Below, one piece after another: positions 41,187 through 56,600 of a DNA stretch of 64,000 bases. The translations under genes and the position numbers were made by a program. The stretch comes from the human T2T-CHM13v2.0 reference genome, Homo sapiens. Below the pieces are notes generated by a model. That model searched no databases. It saw nothing but the letters and a program-made list of their open reading frames with translations, and had not been told where the DNA came from. Every line of letters starts with the position of its first letter. The stretch's first letter is position 1. The DNA lies in NCBI RefSeq assembly GCF_009914755.1, contig NC_060926.1; one strand, given 5' to 3'.

Positions 41187-43490
41187 AACAATTCTTTCAT
41201 ATCAAACACTCAGTCGATGTACACATTTCTTTGTCTTATATTTTTAAATTGCCTGTTTGTTTGAATCTGGACTCAAATAAAATCCATATATTGGATCTGG
41301 CTGATATGACTCAAGTCTCTTTTAATCTCTAAATGCTCTAGCCAATCTTTTCTTTTTCCTTCCTTATTATTTTTAGCTAAAGAAACTAGGTCCTTTTCCT
41401 TTTAGAGTTTTCCACAGTCTGGATTTTCCTGACTCTGTCCCCCTGGTGTAATTTAACATGTCCTTCTCTCCTTTTTATTTCCTGTAAATTAGGCTTGATC
41501 ATATTTAGTTTTTTTTTTCCTTTGGCTGGACAGCCTCATAGGGGAGGTACATACTTTTGTTAGCAAGTACATAATTTCTTTCTTATGTAAAACAGTGATA
41601 ATAATGGTGTCTAACTCTTAGAGTTAAGAGGATTAATTTACTACAGGTCAAAAGTTTAGATTAGTACCTGGCGCACAGTGAGCACTCCACTAACATTAGC
41701 TCTTATTGTTACAATGCATATAGAGAATCAATAGGATTTGATACCAGCTTAGATGTGAATTTGTGAAGAAGCTGAAGATAACTAATATTTCTACCTTGAG
41801 CGGCTAAGTAGATGTTGATATCATTGACTAATACAGGGAATATATAAAGAGGAGAAGGTTTCTGGAAAATTAGAAGAAAATGAGTTCAAGTTTGAACAGG
41901 TTGAATTACATGTCTGTGGGATAACCAGGTACCAATCCTATATAGAGAGCTGCAAATGGAGGTTCTGCAATTTAAAAGAGAGGTCTGGGGAGCTACAGAT
42001 AAAGATCAAATGTTGGGCGGAAAGGGAACTTAATGAAGGTCACATTTATCACTAAAGACTACAAGACCTCTTTGAAGAATGGATTGGCATTGGGTAAGGA
42101 GAGGTAGTGGCACTTCGAGAAAAGGAAATATGTGGAAAAAAACATTCCGACAAAATCGTCAGTATATTTGTCGCTAAAGGAGTGCTTTGACTATAAAAGA
42201 ATGTGTGTTGGAAACAGAGGGAAATTAATTTATGTAGATAGGGACAAGGCTACATTTAAATGGCTTTGAAATTCAGGAATAGGTAATTCAATTTAAGTAG
42301 GAAATAAGACACTGAAAAAGTTAGCAAGACAGCTGAATTCTGCTGTGGCAACATTATACAAAAAGCTATCATAACAGAATCTGAAAAGTAAAATGTACTT
42401 GCTATATTATTCGAGAGGATTTTAATTTATGCCAGTTTTATTTCCACTGAAGTTAAAAGGAATGTTGTCTAGGCACTGTAACTTTAGGCAATAGCCCAAA
42501 GGTGGAAGATGTTATCTTTAGTACCTTCCCATATCACTTCCCAGTCCCTTCTCCTGCCTCTCCACTTCCCTGATGAACCAGTGTTCTCAATCTGCTCTAA
42601 TATAAAAAACTACATTTTTGCAATGATGCAATGTCTTGTTCCCTGAAGCACTCTGGTTACATCTCCTTGCTTAGTTCTACCCTGCCAGGAAATCATTCAT
42701 TCTCTGTCGCCACTCTACAGATCTCAGCTAAGAAAAAGACAAAAACTGATTATCTAATTAAGGTAGTGCATACAACACTGTAAGTGATCAAAATCCTAGG
42801 AGATATTTAATTTCAAAAAGAGGAATCTATTAACACCTATGAATTTCAAGTTGTTAAAATATATACTATCTCTCTGTTTTCTATACTATACATTCCAGTT
42901 ACACACTAAAAGGCAAAAAATGTCACTAATTTTCCTTATATTACACTTTGCACACCAGCAAAGCCAAGTTTGTTGCATAGATATTTACTGGGTCACTACT
43001 AGGAAAAAGTACTGAGACAGACTCTAATGAAACTGCAAGGATGAATAAAATATAATCTATGCCTTTACTAGATTATAAGGAGTTTACAGTCTAATAGGTA
43101 AAACAACTGAACACATAATCATCACGTAAGGATCTAAGGACTCTGTAACGTTTCTGAAACTTAACCTATGTATAAACCCCTTATGAAGACAGAAAAAAGG
43201 TTTTGTGAAACACCCTCCACCGACTGACTTATTATATTGTTACTGAAATATAGAAAAATACAACTACGGATAAGGATAAACTATTCCTCTTGCTTCCAGA
43301 TCTTATTTCAAATACAATACCAAAACAATTTCCAAATATGCACATAAAAGCTATGAATAGCACATTTCAAGTTAGTATCATACAATGTTTTTGTGAAAAT
43401 GAATCATTATAGTCAACATAAAAATGGTACTGACTGCTATTTCTCCATTATTTTTCAGTTACATTTTGGTTTGACATGCCTATAGTCTAG

Positions 43491-43839
43491 TGATATGGTT
43501 TGGCTGCGTCCCTGTCCAAATCTCATCTTGAATTGTACCTCACACAATTCCCACGTCATGGGAGGAACCCAGTGGGAGGTGACTGAATTACGGGGGCGGG
43601 TCCTTCGTGCAATGTTCTTGTGATAGTGAATGAGTCTTATGATATCTGATGGTTTTAAAAAAGGGAGTTTCCTTGCACAAGCTTTCTCTCTCTGCCTGCC
43701 ACCATCCATGTGAGACGTGACTCCTTCACCATGATTCTGAGGTCTCCCCAGCCACGTGGAACTGTAAGTCCAATAAACCTCTTTCTTTTGTAAATTGCCC
43801 AGTCTCGGGTAATCAGCAGCGTGAAAATGGACTAATACA
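43491..43839 (+). mobile_element. THE1 (THE1B-like) solo LTR
   Basis: tgatatggtttggctg...aataaacctctttc...ggactaataca; TG..CA ends; 5-bp TSD tctag. Confidence 0.95.
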
Positions 43840-45988
43840 TCTAGTATGCCCTAAATGGTTTAATATCATTTGTTTCTACTCAAATGACTGCAAAACTTTT
43901 AGTTCACTCTGATGTCATCAGGCTTTCACTTAATACAAGTGAACCATTTACAATATTAAATCTATTTTTGTTCTTTTCTCATTAGACTAACATAATTAAA
44001 CATAATCATAGCCCTGAAAATACATGGTAGTAACTGGTTGTAAGGTAGGCATGGCATACCACATGATCTAAGAATATGCTCATACTGATTTATTTTATAT
44101 TAACATTGAAATTTTAGCCCTCTTTCTCCCTGTGGAGAATATATTTGCACACTCAGGTCCATGTACCCCTGTGTTGAAGTAAATTGCCATAACAGAAATA
44201 ACAAATCTGAAAGGCAGAAATGATAGGGAGATTAATTCCAACTGAAAAGGATCCAAAGGTTTTATGGAGGAGGTAACATTTGAAATGAACTGTGACATTT
44301 GAGTTTAGTGCCAAGTGTCTACGTTTTCTGAAATTTCCTTTCCATAAAGATGACACTGAAAATATAAAGCTACTAGAGTTTAGAAAAAAAGACACACAGG
44401 AAATATTCAGTGGTAAGGGGAGTGAGGAGACAAAAATCGTAAATTTTATGAACAAAAGTTGAGGGGTTTCTCTTGAGGAGAAAGAAAATCAGAGAATAAA
44501 ATTGCAAGCATGAGATGTGCTATTTGCAAAATAAACAGCATACTTTGCATGTTGTAAAGTTTACACATACTATCTTACATTCTGATGCAAATGTAGCTAT
44601 GGATGTAATGTTTTAAAAATGCATTTAAAAATGCATTCACATAAGGACAGCTTCAGGAATATTTGTATTAGTTAAACTTTTTTAACATTCATGACTCGCA
44701 AACTTTTGATGCTATACAACAAAAAAAATTTTCCATTTTTGTCAAAATTCTTTCTCCTCCATGGTTTTTTCTGTGTATATTTATATAAAAAGAACAAAGA
44801 GGTCAAATATCATAAACCCATAACTCAGTGTACAACACCCATTTTCTCATCTCTAGTTTCTGCAGACTACAGTTATATTTTATCCACTCCCTGACTAGCA
44901 TTTCTTATATCTCACAGCAGAAGTGTGCATTGGTGTTCTACAAAGTGTGAGTGGAAGAAAACAATTTACTAGCCATATTAAATTTCAAGTCACCTTAATT
45001 CAGGAAATATTTACCTAGTCTATATGCTAGACACTGCTGATTACAATAAGAAAACATCAAACCACAGCAGAAAACTGGTTTTTATTTTATATTCTCTGAT
45101 GTTTCCATAATTATTCCTAGATCTGTAAAAGTTTCTTTTTTTAAGACAGATTTATTAAACAGTAGCTCATTTAGAATTTTCTGATAAATCAGAATCTATC
45201 TTTAAATCAAGGGATTGTGTAACATTACACATTTTGACTTGTTCAAAAGAAGCTAAACTTATATCTGTGCAGCATGGTGTTATTTATATATGCAGCCACT
45301 CATACAGAGAACATCATGCATGCTTTTAGCTCCATTAATTGTTAAATGTTAAAACAGTACAACTTCTGAGAAAATGCAGTAGAGGTAAAGAGAGGGTTTC
45401 TTTCATCCAAATATACATTTAGGAATAGCAATGGGAAATAGATTTACATGAAGTAACTGAAATGGCTGCTACATACTAATTTTGAAGATACTGTTCAAAA
45501 TATTCAGACTCTAGAAAACAAAATGTTTAGGACGTATTTTATAACGTTACTGTACTACATTTTAAAATTTTAACACCTTTAGATTTGTCACTTGCTATAA
45601 AATATGGAAATTCTTAAAAAGATTTTCACTTCCAGTTTTATCACTGTTATTATATTTTACTAAAGATATTTTAAAATTGACTATAACTCTACTTTTGGTA
45701 TTAGAAAAGTGAAAAATAAAGGTCAGATAGTACATAGTAAACTTGTTCTGGAAATGACTATTTTTTGCACTTTTCAGATAATGACTTAACTATCACTTAC
45801 AACACACTAGGAAAGATATTTGACCTTTCCAAGTCTCAGTTTGGGCATCTGTAGAATGTAATGATATATTTTTAAAATTGTTAAAGTTTCAAATAAGTAC
45901 CTAGCATCTTAAAAAATCAGTGGATAAATAAATATTAGCTTTGTTCTTCATTCCTCAACACATGTATCAAAATATATTATCAAAATTA

Positions 45989-46183
<195 letters not shown>

Positions 46184-46349
46184 CTAAAATTTAATGGAAA
46201 AGCAATAAATAATATTAAATTTACATTAAAATAACTCATCACTAGGTATCTAGCACTTACCAAAGTTTTTAGTTTATAAATTCCTATAAGAGCTGAACAT
46301 TAGGCTCATTTACTTCCTCAAATGTTATATTTCAACAATGTTAAACTAA

Positions 46350-46697
<348 letters not shown>

Positions 46698-46850
46698 TCA
46701 AGTCTATATGCCTATTTCCTCTTTCTAGACTCTCTTCTACATTATACTTCAAAGTCTAGACCACGTGTCTCACTCCTCTGCAAACGTTTCTTGATCCCCT
46801 GTGCTAGACAGAATGAATCATTTCCCTTTCCATTCTTCTCCTAAAACTTC

Positions 46851-47077
46851 CAGAGCTGTCTCATCTTTTGGCTTCCCCGGGCTACAATGGATGAAGAGGG
46901 ATTGTGTTGAACCACACATAAAATACAGTAACACGAACGATAGCTGATGAGCTAAAAAACAAAAATCACAAAAAAAATCTCATAATGTTTTGATAAAGTT
47001 TCCAAATTTGTGTTAGGATGCACTGATAGCTGTCCTGGGCTGCATGTGGCCCACAGGCCACAGGTTGGACAAGCTTG
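46851..47077 (+). mobile_element. MER30 hAT-Charlie fossil
   Basis: atcttttggcttccc...gatagctgatgagctaaaaaa...ggttggacaagcttg. Confidence 0.88.
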
Positions 47078-47162
47078 ACTTAAACCATGGAGACAGTAGA
47101 GTTCAAATAAAACAAGTGAGATGTTTAAAAAAAAAAAAAAAGACATTTTCACACTGGCATAA

Positions 47163-47522
<360 letters not shown>

Positions 47523-47531
47523 TAGCTTGGT

Positions 47532-47990
47532 GTATCAGGATTAGTTTTGGCCAGGAGTGACAGAAAGCCCAAAAGTGAATGGCTCATACAATACAGAATT
47601 TTATCTCTGTCATGTCAAAGAAATCCAGGGATAGGCAGGCCAGTAGGGACAGTGTAACATCATGTTAGTAAGGATTTTCTTTCTTACTGCTGCTTTACCC
47701 ATTCTCAGTATAGGGTTTCCACTCACAGTCCAATTATGCTCACAATTCAGCCAGCAAGGAGGAAGGGGGCGAAAAAGAGGATGTGCACCCATTCCTTTAA
47801 GGATACATCCTGAAAGTTGCACACACTACTTCTGCCTATATATCTCTTGCCAAAATTTAGCCAGATTACTATACCTAGCTGCAAGGGAGACTGGGGAAAT
47901 GATGTTTTTATTCTAGGTAGTGATATACCGGAAAAAAAATTAGAAGAGGGGGAAAACCAGTATTAGGGACAACTATCAATCATGCCATAC
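47532..47990 (-). mobile_element. MLT1-type MaLR LTR
   Basis: tgtatcaggattagttttgg..gtgacagaaagccc...acctagctgcaagggagactgggga. Confidence 0.7.
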
Positions 47991-48196
47991 TTGGTTATAT
48001 CTTCTCTGTGGTAGGTACCTGACATTTTAAATTTACTAGCTAACACCAGTATTTCTGACAGTATGTACACTATAAAGTTATACAGCAATTCCTTCTACAT
48101 CTCAATTATTAAGTATTACTATTGGGAGAGGTGTATCTCTACAAAATTTAAGTAATATTCATAATAAAATTACCAAAGAGAAAAATAGAAAAAAAA

Positions 48197-48489
48197 ATTT
48201 TTTTGAGGCAAGGTCTTCCTCTGTAGCCTAGGCTGGAGTACAATGGTACAATCTTGGCTTACTGCAGCCTTGAACTCCTGGACTCAAGCAATCCTTCCAC
48301 CTCAGCTTCCCGAGTAGCTGGGACTACAGGCTTGAGCCACCATGCCTAGCTGATTTTGTTTATTATTTTGTAGAGACAAAGTCTCACTATATTGCCCAGG
48401 TTGGTCTTTAACTCCAGGGCTCAAGCAATCCCCCCTGTTGGGCTCCCAAAGTGCTGGTATTACAGGAGTGAGAGCCACTGTGCCCAGGC
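48197..48489 (-). mobile_element. AluJ
   Basis: actgcagccttgaactcctgg, ttgcccagg J diagnostics. Confidence 0.9.
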
Positions 48490-48538
48490 AAGAAATTTTA
48501 ATAAAAACAGAAAAAGCCACTTTATTTAAAAGGTTGCC

Positions 48539-48841
<303 letters not shown>

Positions 48842-49209
48842 GTTGCCTTAGGACAGATTATTAAATATACAGTAAAATATTAAATAAGAATATCTGAAGA
48901 TAAAATATAGCCACTATAATAATGAAATTACATATAAACAAGACTGCATGTAAATGCAACTGCAAAAATACGCTCAGAGAAGACAGAGGATTAAGGGAGA
49001 TTTAAGAAAATAACCTCTGAATTATTTTATTATACTTTCTATAAATGCTATTTAGACACCTTTAATCAAGTAAGAACTGATCACAAAACAGAACAGTAAA
49101 AATTCTAACAGGATAAAGCAAAGTCAGGTTAGTCCAAGTTCTCAAATCATGTAATTTTAGACAAGTAACTTTACAGATATTGATGAGTATGATGAGGGTA
49201 AGAAAAGTG

Positions 49210-49440
49210 TAGTATGTGCCATCTTTTGTGCTAAGTGCTTTATGAGCAATGTTTATTTAATATTCCAGACATAATAATATTATCCCTACTCTAGAAAAGA
49301 AAAAATTGGGTCTTAGACTAAGAAACTGACTCATGATCACATCAGCTACAGAAGTAGCAGAACACAAACTAAAACAAAGGTTTTTCTAACCCCAAGTCCA
49401 TGTCCTTAACTATTATGTGCACTACTTTCCCACAAACTCT
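49210..49440 (-). mobile_element. MIR
   Basis: gtgctaagtgcttta...attatccctactctag...agtccatgtccttaact. Confidence 0.6.
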
Positions 49441-50432
49441 CTAGACCTTGGTTTTCTCGCCCATTACCTAAGGGGAATGCAGAGTACTCTAAACTATTCT
49501 ATAGTTCATTTTGGTTTTTTAAGATGTTGCCATTCTAGTTCTCTGACTCCCTTTTCCTCAAATAAAAGAACATTATATTAATAGGTCCAATTGGCCTCCT
49601 TGTTGAAACTTGCTGAAAGTCAATAAAGTTATCACTAATATACATAATGTAGAAATCTATTTATTAAAACAGACAAAATGGCCACAATTTGTAAGTAAGG
49701 TAAATTTGAATGTTTAGGATATATCACTGAACTTTATAGTAGATTTCACGCCCATTGGTGTTATCTGTAAAGGAGTAAGCCATAAAATTCTATCACGAAG
49801 AGGGAGGAAAGCTAATAAAAATTGAATTTAAATTTCATAATCCTTTTAAATTCAAATAATGCATCGTTTTATAGGTGAAGATACTGAGGCACAAAGAGGC
49901 TGACTTGCTAGAAGTCACATCGCTAGTACACAGTGACGTTAGTACTTGAACTCTATAGGTTCTAAAATCTAAGCTCTTTTCTATCCACCCTGCTTCCTGT
50001 GGTTAAATTATATTAATGTATTAATATCCTTATTTCAATTTTAATATAAGAACACTAAAGATACTAATTGATTTAGCACTTTCTGGTTTATTATGATTGC
50101 CAACAAACATTTGCTGAGTATCGTAAGATGTGTATTAAAATAAGTACCCTAAATACAATTATGTTATCAGTAACCCTGGAGTAATAAAAATTAAGCATTA
50201 CCAAACTATTAGGAACAGAGAACAAGGATGATTAGGGAAAACCTCAGGGAGATGATTATATGTGGATATGGTATTAGAGAGACAGTTTGATTTCACCAGA
50301 AGAAATTTTTTTAAGTGTGAAAAGAAAAAGAATATTCTAGGTAAAGGGAATAGCATGAATGTAAGTGTGGAGCCAAAATGTGTATCCAAGGTAGGGAATG
50401 TAGTCCACATTAGGTAGAGTGTACAGTTCTTA

Positions 50433-50783
<351 letters not shown>

Positions 50784-52340
50784 AGAAAATATGCTGAAGA
50801 CAAACTGAGGAAGGATCTTAAATACCAAGTTAGAAGGTCTGGATTTGATCACATAGGAAATGAGAAGCCACCACACATTTTCAAGTAGAGAAATAAAAGG
50901 AACCGAGCAATGCTTTAATCAGATCAAACTGGGAGTTGTGTACAAGTTTCAGTGGAATTGATAATGGCCAGGAAGAAGGGAGATCAGTTAAAAGGTTTTG
51001 ACATTTATATGGATTGTGACATCAAAGAAAAAAACAGCAATTCTCCTGACTTCTGAAAATTTTGATTAAAACATATATAAAGTATATATTACATAATATA
51101 TAAATAGCTACTACACTTCAGCTCTGAAACAACCCATAATATAATCTCCCTCTCTAACCATAACATTTTACTTTTAGTTCTTACTATGTCATCTCATTAT
51201 ACCAGTTTATGGATCTATGACTAGTCTCCTGATCTCTCTACTTCCTTTGGATAAATCAGCCCTTTCCTGGCCTCATTTTATTCCAGCCACACGGTAAACA
51301 TATATTTGAACTACTCTCTCACTAGCACTCTGAACCTGAATCAATGTTGAAATCTACCCTCTTTTCTTAACTCAAAGGGCCAGCAAAAGCCTCACAACAG
51401 TGTCATAACAAACTTAAGGTTTCTAATATCAGTCACTTATGAACCTCTCAAATGAACACTTCTTACTCTTTAACTGATATTTAACATCTAATAATATTAA
51501 ATATCACCTCTCTTCCTGAAATTCTTGGATTTAGATCAGTTGCAATTAATTACTCTCTTAATGTTACCCTAAAAATAAACTGTGGGAAAAAAATTTTAAA
51601 TAAAAATAAGCTGTGGGAGTCAGCATTTTTAAATTTTAAAAAAGGTTTCATTTAATGCTAATGTTAACTTCCTTGATTGTAAAGCACTAGATGCTAAACA
51701 GAAGGTTTCTATAGAAATATGTCAATATTTTATTATAAAATATTCAGTTAGGGCAATAAAGTTCTAATTAAGAAAAAATAAACAAGGAAAGAGCTACAAA
51801 TCAAAGAAAGCTAAAATGCTGCCTCAGGAAAATGAATAAAATATGCTATAAGCATTAGTAGACAAAATTATGATGATAAAGCCTTTAAAAATAAATAAAA
51901 TTTCTCTCTAGTCTCTGCAAAATGTTAAACTTAACAAATGAACCAGTTTTCAAAAAAAAAAGATTGAACATAAATAAAAACATTATTGATATGTGAATTT
52001 ATACTTCTAATAATTAATGCTTCTGGATTTAATGAGTTAAATTAAAACAGTTGAAGAAGCAGGATCATGGAGTAAATAATTTGGTAGAAATTTATTTATC
52101 TGTTATTTAAGAGAATTTTTCAAAAATGATATAAAGTTCATGATTGTAATTCAGATTTTATCACTTAGAATTTTCTAATGTGGATAAAGGCCCTGGAAAA
52201 GTTTTTCTTTAGGTAATATATGTCCTTACACACAACAGAAATTAACACTTAAAATAAAATTAAAAAGTATCAGTTACTTAAGAGAACCATCCTTTTATCA
52301 AAAAACTCTCCATATCTGGAAGACTCTATAAATCCTATAA

Positions 52341-52740
<400 letters not shown>

Positions 52741-53172
52741 TACCAAGGCTACATTTTCATAATCTTTCCTTAATAATTCATTACAATCTCAAGTAATTTA
52801 CTTTTATATATATTTCCTAATGTGGAATCACCTTAACCTTTCTGTCATTTTCTGGTAAAAATAAAAACTCAAAAAAGATGACGTTCAGAATTTAAGTCAC
52901 ACTGAAATAATTTAGTATATTTAGGCCTATAATTTCAGTTGTAAATTAAAAGTAATTTTCATTTTAAATGTTTTTTAAATCCTTTAAAGTAATATTTTAA
53001 AAGTATTTAAATAACTAGCTAGAAGTATAAGATATGATTCATTTAAAATGTTAACATTCAACTGGCTAGCAAAAGAAATAATAATTTCAAATTATATATG
53101 TTTTCTAAGTCAATTCTCATTCTCAGAGAAAACCAAACTTCCTTAAAAGCTTAACTATCATTTTGGTCTTAC

Positions 53173-53215
53173 TGTGATCAATGTGGTCAATCTTGTGACA
53201 TCACTGTTGGGAAAC
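53173..53215 (-). other. BAZ2B: 43-nt non-coding (5'UTR) exon of a minus-strand gene, probably BAZ2B exon 2
   Basis: Minus strand reads gctaat (branch point) tcttgttttcctattgcag|GTTTCCCAACAGTGATGTCACAAGATTGACCACATTGATCACA|gtaaga, in unique sequence. The gene name is recollection of a 43-nt 5'UTR exon between very long introns in BAZ2B; not verified by search. Confidence 0.65.
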
Positions 53216-53811
53216 CTGCAATAGGAAAACAAGAATTAGCAATCAGCTGAAGCATACTTAAGAAATTTCAGAAACTAAAAAGTTTGTTTAAAATTTGTGT
53301 CTTTCTTCATGCTGTAAGTCATATTGAAATTAACCTACGGTATCAGGGTCCATATAATCAGTATGACAAAAATAAGCATAAAAGGACTGGAGTTTATTTA
53401 TAGATCATTATTTATTATAGTATGGCAGATCATGTTTTTGTTTATAATCACCAACACCCTAGGGTGAACATAACATATTAAAAAACAAGCTGTAGGACAT
53501 TTGGGTTACAAGTTTTATTTGTCTTCAAATTACGTACTCAGAAGAGAAAAACAATGTCTTAAATACGTCACAAACTGAAGACAATTAGGTATTATTTATA
53601 AATACTTTTCTGTCTATGATTATCAGTACAGATTAGAACCAAAATGTCATCTACTTAATACTGGAGACATTACCACATGCTAATATTTATGAATAGCGAC
53701 AAAATTATCAAAAGATTGAAAATATCACTGGGAAGAATTTAGAACAGGAAAAAACTATTTCCTAAACTGTAAATGGCTTCAAGTTTATCCCTGTGAAATC
53801 TTAATTTTTGG

Positions 53812-54111
53812 AATTTTTTGTTGTTTTTTCGAGACAGAGTCTCAATCTCACCCAGGCTGGAGTGCAGTGGCGCGATCGTGGCTCACTGCAACCTCTGCCT
53901 CTTGGGTTCAAGCGATTTTTGTGCCTCAGCCTCCTGTGCAGATGGGACTACAAGTGTGCACCACCACACCCAGCTAACTTTTTGTATTTTTTGTAGAGAC
54001 AGTGTTTCGCTATGTTGGCCAGCCTGTTCTCAAACTCCTGGCCTCAAGTGATCCACCTACTTTGACCTCCCAAAGTGCTGGGATTACAGGCATGAGCCAC
54101 CGGACCTAGCC
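53812..54111 (-). mobile_element. AluS/J
   Basis: Full dimer. Confidence 0.92.
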
Positions 54112-54493
54112 TGGAAATTTCTTTATTAACAAGGTCTAATTTGAGATGAGCCCTTAAATGTTTAGTATCAAAAAGTAACACATGGTTATGGCATTTTAAG
54201 GTTCATAATGGACTTTCATGTATTATTTTATCAGGTCCTCATAACGAATCCTTCAAAGGGGCAGGAAAGAGATATTCCTTATTATAGACTCCAGGAAAAC
54301 AGAATTTAGAAATGATACATGACTTGTCTAAGCACAAAGAACTGAATTTTTCCTGGTTTCTCTTTTACCTCAGACCTTTCACCTAGTCTGTCCTACCAAC
54401 TACTCTTCGTCACTCTATCCTTAATTTTACCTTACTACTTCATGATTACTGGCTCTCCTATGTTACCATTATAGCCTCCCTACTTCTATTCTT

Positions 54494-54643
54494 TTTTTTT
54501 TTTTTTTCCTGCCTCAGCCTCCTGAGTAGCTGGGGACTACAGGTGTGTGTCACTACACCTGGCTAATTAATTTTTTTTTTTTTTTTTGAGATACGGGGTC
54601 TCACCATGTTGCCCAGGCTGGTCTCAAACTCCCGGTCTCAAGT
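54494..54643 (-). mobile_element. Doubly truncated AluJ central fragment within an L2 (~54380-55100)
   Basis: T tract abuts cctgcctcagcc; degenerate TSD cctac(t/c)tct(a/g)ttctt. Confidence 0.8.
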
Positions 54644-55593
54644 ACCTACCTCTGTTCTTAAAGCAAGTTAATCAGATCACATCATTCCCTTACTCAAAAT
54701 TGTACAATGGCTTTAGCAGCTCTTAGAATAAAACCCACAATACTTATTATCATGACCTCTTAGGCCCTCTGTTACCTGGTGCCCTGACTGCATTTCCTGC
54801 TTCTACCATGTTCCAGTCACAATCACCCTTTTGATAATCCCCAAACATATCAAATTTGTTCCACTTCAGGGCCTTGACACTTGCTCTTCCCTCTGCCTGG
54901 AGCAATTGTTCTCCATATCTTCATAGGACTGGTTTTCTCACTTCAATCGGGTCTCATAACAAACGCCACCTCCTTAGAGAGGCCTTCCTTTACCACCAGA
55001 GGCTGCTGTTAGCTTTAACTCCATGAAGGAAGATCACTGGAGCACAAGTTTAGTACCTGGAACCCAATAGCTAATTAGCTACTGAATGAATGAGTGAACA
55101 AGTATTTATCAAGTTCCTACTGCATCCAGCATTATGTCAAGAGCTACAAAGGATCCAAAAGAAAGTTTAAATAAAAACTCTTCAAGAATTACTATCTATT
55201 TAAAGAAAATATGCCATAACAACTTGGTATACGTTTTTAAGTCACTGCAAGAAGCATTTGGGAAGCTTAAAAAAAAAAGCAAGGCAGGGGGTGATGGGAA
55301 AGCGCGGGTAGTGAATTAAAGGTGTATGATAATGAGGGTCTGGATAGTGAAGAAGAGGAAATGAAGAGGGAATGGGAAACCCAAATCTTAAATGGTGAAA
55401 CCAGAAGGCTTCATGCTAAACTAAGTATTAGGAACAAGGATAGCAAAAAAGTGAAAGATTACTTCAAAGATTCTCACTCACATAATGAAAGAAATCTGAA
55501 GTGGCAGGGTGGGGTGACTTTTATTTAGAACAATAGGACAGGCCAGTGTCACCATAGGCCATTCAAATGAAGACGCTTCCCACCAGCAGGTAG

Positions 55594-55924
<331 letters not shown>

Positions 55925-56305
55925 TAGAAGAGTTCAAGATTTGAAAATCAGTTATATAAAAGTACAGTTCAAGCCAAGACTGTGGGCAAGTTCACCAAGG
56001 GAATATGAAGAAAAAAACAGAACAGCCAGCATAATTTGGCAGAGACCTATAAGTAGGGCCCATGGGAAATAAGAGAAGTGGAATTGCAGGGTTTTTTGTT
56101 TTGTTTAAGTTCAAGAAGTAGAGACATAGAAAATACAATGAATAAAGGCACATGAAGAAAGATTTCCAAAGAGGAAAACATGTTGAACAGTTTTAGAGGG
56201 GTAAAAGTGTTAAGATGGGTAAAAGAAGATAAGACAGGAAACATTCTCTCTAAACTAACCTTCTCTACCCCATCATACCAAATTAGATCAGAAGGTAGCT
56301 ACATA

Positions 56306-56600
56306 GGCCAGGCGCGGGTGGTTCATGCCTGTAATCCCAGCACTTTGGGAGGCTGAGGCAAGCAGATTGCTTGAGCCCATGAGTTCAAAACCAGCCTGGG
56401 CAACATGGTGAAACCCTATCTCTACAAAAAATAGAAAAATTGGCAAGACATGGTGGCACACGCCTGTAGTCCCGCCAAGCTACTCATGAGGCTGAGGTAG
56501 GAGGATCACCTGAGCCCAAGGAGGTCAAGGCTGCAGTGAGCTCTGATCGTACTACTGCACTCTATCTTGGGTGAAGGAGTAACCCTGTTAAAAAAAAAAA
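56306..56600 (+). mobile_element. AluJ
   Basis: gcttgagccc, cctgggcaacatgg; degenerate TSD agaaggt(a/g)gc. Confidence 0.9.

Noticed and set aside
46261-46283. Possible 23-nt minus exon (tag|...TTG|gtaagt)
   Set aside because: Short tract with a competing AG; very AT-rich body
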